Assembly (NCBI RefSeq): GCF_009914755.1 | Contig: NC_060934.1 | Reading direction: 5' to 3' (one strand) | DNA: 64,000 nt | From: the human T2T-CHM13v2.0 reference genome, Homo sapiens | Part shown: in pieces, positions 63,239-64,000 of the stretch | Position numbering within the stretch: position 1 is the stretch's first letter | Layout of the letters: each line of letters starts with the position of its first letter | The notes under the pieces: generated by a model | What the model saw: the letters and a program-made list of their open reading frames with translations, nothing else | Databases searched by the model: none | What the model was told of the DNA's origin: nothing | Translations under genes and position numbers: made by a program

Positions 63239-64000
63239 TAACTTTTTTGATCAGTTGGAACTTACATGTGCCTTCTCTGCAGTGGTACAGTTACTCTTTG
63301 TACATGATCAAGAGCACTGTTCTGAATGCCTGTGTTTTCTCCGCTGGTGATACATCCTCATTATTCGGCCAGATTAGTGGGTTTTGGAGAATTAATCCAA
63401 TTCTTCCAAATTGAGAAAGCTGAAGTATAGGTTGGTTGAATTCTGCCTCTAGATACACCACTGAGGTACTCAAGAACTCCTCCTGGAAGATAAAACTAAT
63501 TACATTTTCCTCACTAGCCATGAGGAAGTTATCTCACTCCAGAACTTCACTGAGTGTCTTCCACATGGTGTCCCTCACCCCCTAGGCTGGGCTTGTAGGA
63601 TAAAATTATCCTCAAACACAGAATAGGGTCTTAAGAGGCTCACTTCTGTGTTTGGAAAGCAGAGTAAACAGATCATTGTAGTTCAATAGGACTGAGGCTG
63701 TGATATAGAAAAGAACAGGCTGTTGTGGGTTGGGAGGTAGATGGAAAAGCTGTCTGCTTCTTGTTATCTTATAACCCAAAATGAGACATAAGTAACTAAT
63801 AGCAGTAAAGACATTTAAGCTACATCAAAGGAGTCAGAGAGGATGAAAAGAAGAGAAGGCAGGGCTATTAAAGGAGATAATGAGCCACAGGAGCAGGACA
63901 TTGGCTCTAAATAAAGGATATTAAAACCTTTGCCAAATAACCATGGATGGGATCAGGGGGACATTAAGAATGTAGCAGGATACTCTGCAGTGATGCAGAG

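Overview
Human (hominoid) genomic DNA from the middle of the cytochrome P450 gene CYP2C19, + strand: most of intron 5, exon 6 (33635-33776), intron 6, exon 7 (55975-56162), intron 7, exon 8 (63056-63197) and the start of intron 8. The introns are mostly nested retroelements, nearly all antisense to the gene: three full-length L1PA elements, older L1MA/MB/PB hosts, Alus, two THE1 LTRs, an LTR12 solo LTR and MER58. Almost all ORFs in the track are L1, Alu or ERV remnants. I found no new gene or novel enzymatic system. The most interesting structures are: (i) a 7-kb HERV-W genome retroposed as an L1-type processed pseudogene (R-U5...U3-R-polyA, TSD); (ii) two L1 insertions with 3'-transduced sequence just upstream of exons 6 and 8; (iii) two twin-priming 5' inversions, one of which creates a ~1.45-kb inverted repeat bracketing exon 6; (iv) an L1 antisense-promoter/ORF0 donor in phase with exon 7; (v) two adjacent full-length L1s that look reciprocally mosaic. 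Subfamily calls come from recalled diagnostics, not from a RepeatMasker run.
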